From Pseudogymnoascus verrucosus (lineage: Eukaryota): a stretch of 64,000 bases of DNA. Each line of letters begins with the position of its first letter. Positions within the stretch are counted from its first letter, which is position 1. The notes below the pieces were generated by a model. The model searched no databases. It saw nothing but the letters and a program-made list of their open reading frames with translations, and had not been told where the DNA came from. This document shows positions 61,577 to 64,000 of the stretch, in pieces. Position numbers and translations under genes: made by a program. The DNA lies in NCBI GenBank assembly GCA_001662655.1, contig KV460216.1; one strand, 5' to 3'.

Positions 61577-62059
61577 ACTGGGCGAATTTCACTTGTATCT
61601 TGCGATGGTAACAAGGAGTATGATTGTACGGATAAATATCATCGAAGTGTCGTGGGGGTTCGCCGGGTGGACAATGCAAGGCTGACAATCGGCGGAGTTG
61701 TCGATCTGCCCAATTATCTGGCAAGGCTGTCAAATGGGTAATTTGTCCTCCCCACTCTCCCTTTGTTTGAAGTTGATTTTCAGCAGCCTATGAAGTAATC
61801 TTACAATAAATTTACAGCGGCAAGTCTTTATTTACCTAATAATGGATTTATATTGGCCTACTATGATCATCGGTATGAGTGTGGCCATTCGGAGTCTCAA
61901 CATCTCGAGGGTATGAGCATCAAACACCGGATATCATCATGGGGCAAACTCATGGCACTTCTTTCAAAGTCGATATTATAGTATTAAAATATTAAATAGC
62001 GACATCAACTGCGTATCAGGAGTCAAGCTACGGAAACGAGAAATATCAAGCGTCAGAGC

Positions 62060-62967
62060 CTATCCGCGGCGACGAGTAGTTGGGCTCTTGCCCTTACCCT
62101 TCGTTGGAGTGGCGGTAGATTGGCCAACAGCTGGCTTCTCCTTCTGCTTCTCCGCAGCCTTCTTGGATGGTGCATTCCAGTAGTATACCATCTGAGCGGC
62201 CAGCACAGCATTGAGGGCAAATCCAGCAATGTATCCGTATAGGATCAGGTTGTCATCCACCTCTTGTAGGGTTGTAAAGATGCGTGACAGCGAGCCAGCC
62301 AAAAAGTTGAAGACCTGCGCATTAAAGTCAGTATAGTGCATCTATGACTTGGGAACATCCTGTGACTTACAGCAAACGCGCTCAACTGTCCAGTTCCTCC
62401 CTGCTGATAGATTGTTGCGATCTGCGGCAGCTTGCTTGCGACTCCCAGGACTCCAGCGCCAGCTTGGAAGTAGCTCAGTGTCTTCATGTTCACCAGATCA
62501 GCGTTGAACATCGTCGTCAGGCCCATTGCGAGCGCCGCGACAAAGATCGCCGCCTGCGTGGCGCGACCGCTGTACTTCAGCACCAGCACCGAGATCACAA
62601 TATTCTGCACCACGATGAGTGCCGTCTCGCCAAACGTGCTGAACGGGAAGCCCGAGCGAACATTGTACGCCAAGCCGATCAGGTATGCCGACGTCTCCAG
62701 GAGGTAGCTGAGGAAGGAGATACCCGACGCGGATTTCGAGTTGACGAGCTTGAGGATCTGGGGAACCTTGACGACGGAGCTGGCGCCAATGATGCCGATT
62801 CCGAGGCCTTTGGAGATGGCGAGCTTGATGCATTCGGTCGCGGTTGGGTCGATTTCAAGGAGAAGCGTGTCGTAGCATTGTCTGCCGAGGATAGAGACTC
62901 CGAGTTCACGGATCGGCGCGGGGAGGTTGTGTGTGATGGGCTGCAGAGCAGCGCGTACGGAATCCAT
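62060..62967 (-). CDS. MPDU1: Mannose-P-dolichol utilization defect 1 (PQ-loop); exons 62967-62371, 62314-62060
   Basis: ISKGLGIGII..SSVVKVPQILK..SASGIS, GFPFSTFGE, SKLPQI...GGTGQLSAFAVF..LAGSLSRIFTTLQEV. Confidence 0.93.
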
Positions 62968-63539
62968 AGCGATGGTGTGTGGAATCTGAGGGTGGTGGCA
63001 GGGCTTGGGTTTGTGATATAGCTCAGAGAAGTAAGTGCTGGAAATTGTTCGCTATGACGCCGAGCTGGAGTATTAGTTGCTGCGATAACGATCTGACGAT
63101 CTGAGACCGCGCTAGCAGGAAGCCACACCTCAGCTTCTTTGTTGACAACGTACTGCTGTTGAAGAAAGGCAAACATTTCGTCACATGTGTAAAGTATTAT
63201 AGCATAATTTGTTGCAACTAGTGATATTGCTAACTAGGAGTGACCTCTTGAAGCATATTTATGTAGATCATCCCTTTTGTTTTGAACCTTTTATGACAAA
63301 GAATGGAGCTGTGGACCAGATCGGATTATAACGAAGGTCCTCGCATGTAATATAGGCCCCTTCGTCGTAATTCCACCAGTAGATGTCAAAAGTTATTTGT
63401 TTTTGAAGCTTCATGGTCTGATCGTTGGACCTTCATGTTCTGTTTGACTCAACGCGATTGTAGACGATCGACATTCAAACCCCTCCCATTGAACGCCGAA
63501 GAATAAAGCAAAAAAGCCTTCCAAATATCAACAGAGCAA

Positions 63540-63591
63540 CAGGCAACAGGCAGCAGGCAGCAGGCAGCAGGCAGCAGGCAGCAGGCAACAG
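63540..63591. repeat. Heptamer microsatellite (CAGGCAG)n, about 7 units
   Basis: Direct reading. Confidence 0.85.
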
Positions 63592-63632
63592 TAATGCCAG
63601 CAGACATACGGAGGTTAGAATGTCTGTTTAGC

Positions 63633-64000
63633 CTATGATGTTTTCTCAGCCGCCTTCAGAGATGGACGGCCGAGGCGATTGTTTGCCTTAGGTCCACCAG
63701 GGTTGCCAGGATGAGCATCGAAATATTCATCAATAGCTTCCGTCGAATTCTCCAAGTTAGAGCGCGGTTCCCATGTAGCCTCCTCTATCGAAAATCCCTC
63801 CCACAGGACGTAAAATTTGAGCTCCCCGTCCTTGACACGTGAATCAAGGACTCTCTCAACTTCATATTCTTCGTCCTCTCCGGAGTCATCCTTCCCATTT
63901 TTCTTTCCCTGGGGAAGTAACACTGCATTAGGCCCAAAAATTTGAAATATAAACACGCGTCATGGGTTTAATTGCAACTTACTGGCTTCACCTTGGTGAG
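63633..64000 (-). CDS. 3' end of a chromodomain protein gene (partial; exons >64000-63983, 63908-63633)
   Basis: EEYEVERVLDSR...FYVLWEGFSIEEATWEPRSNL; GTAAGT..CAG intron 63982-63909. Confidence 0.85.

Noticed and set aside
63633..63908. Chromodomain as the tail of a chromoviral Ty3/Gypsy integrase
   Set aside because: It is preceded by a canonical spliceosomal intron and no LTR or polypurine tract is evident downstream; more likely a cellular gene.
1..64000. tRNA, rRNA or intact transposase / reverse transcriptase genes
   Set aside because: None recognised by eye; tRNAscan-SE and a repeat search were not run.

Overview
Eukaryotic, intron-rich DNA from a filamentous ascomycete (GT..CTAAC..AG introns of about 45-150 nt; a Leotiomycete such as Pseudogymnoascus is my guess from style, not verified). 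All assignments are from motif recognition by eye; no database search was run. The left 16 kb holds a GPI-anchored CFEM protein gene and three secretory-pathway glycan genes (GT32 Och1-like glycosyltransferase, acyltransferase-3, O-fucosyltransferase-like). Their long promoters carry many PacC/Rim101 sites (GCCARG), suggesting a pH-regulated cell-surface glycan module. Next come a cAMP-receptor-like GPCR, MHF1 (CENP-S), a GH35 beta-galactosidase relic, a quinone oxidoreductase, mitochondrial AspRS, and an snR45/U13-like box C/D snoRNA that appears to be split by a spliceosomal intron. Then an ANTH adaptor, a URI/prefoldin-like gene, TFB3, nudC, a large multi-zinc-finger orphan with two LRGG motifs, a decayed NACHT (NLR-like) gene, and a PTH11-like GPCR/FucP-type MFS fusion with a 141-nt internal duplication. 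The right end is housekeeping: small Zn-finger, FAT1, GPI17, bL36m, LYR protein, NAT4, FAD monooxygenase, MED8, MPDU1 and the 3' end of a chromodomain gene. One assembly gap lies at 13280-13321.
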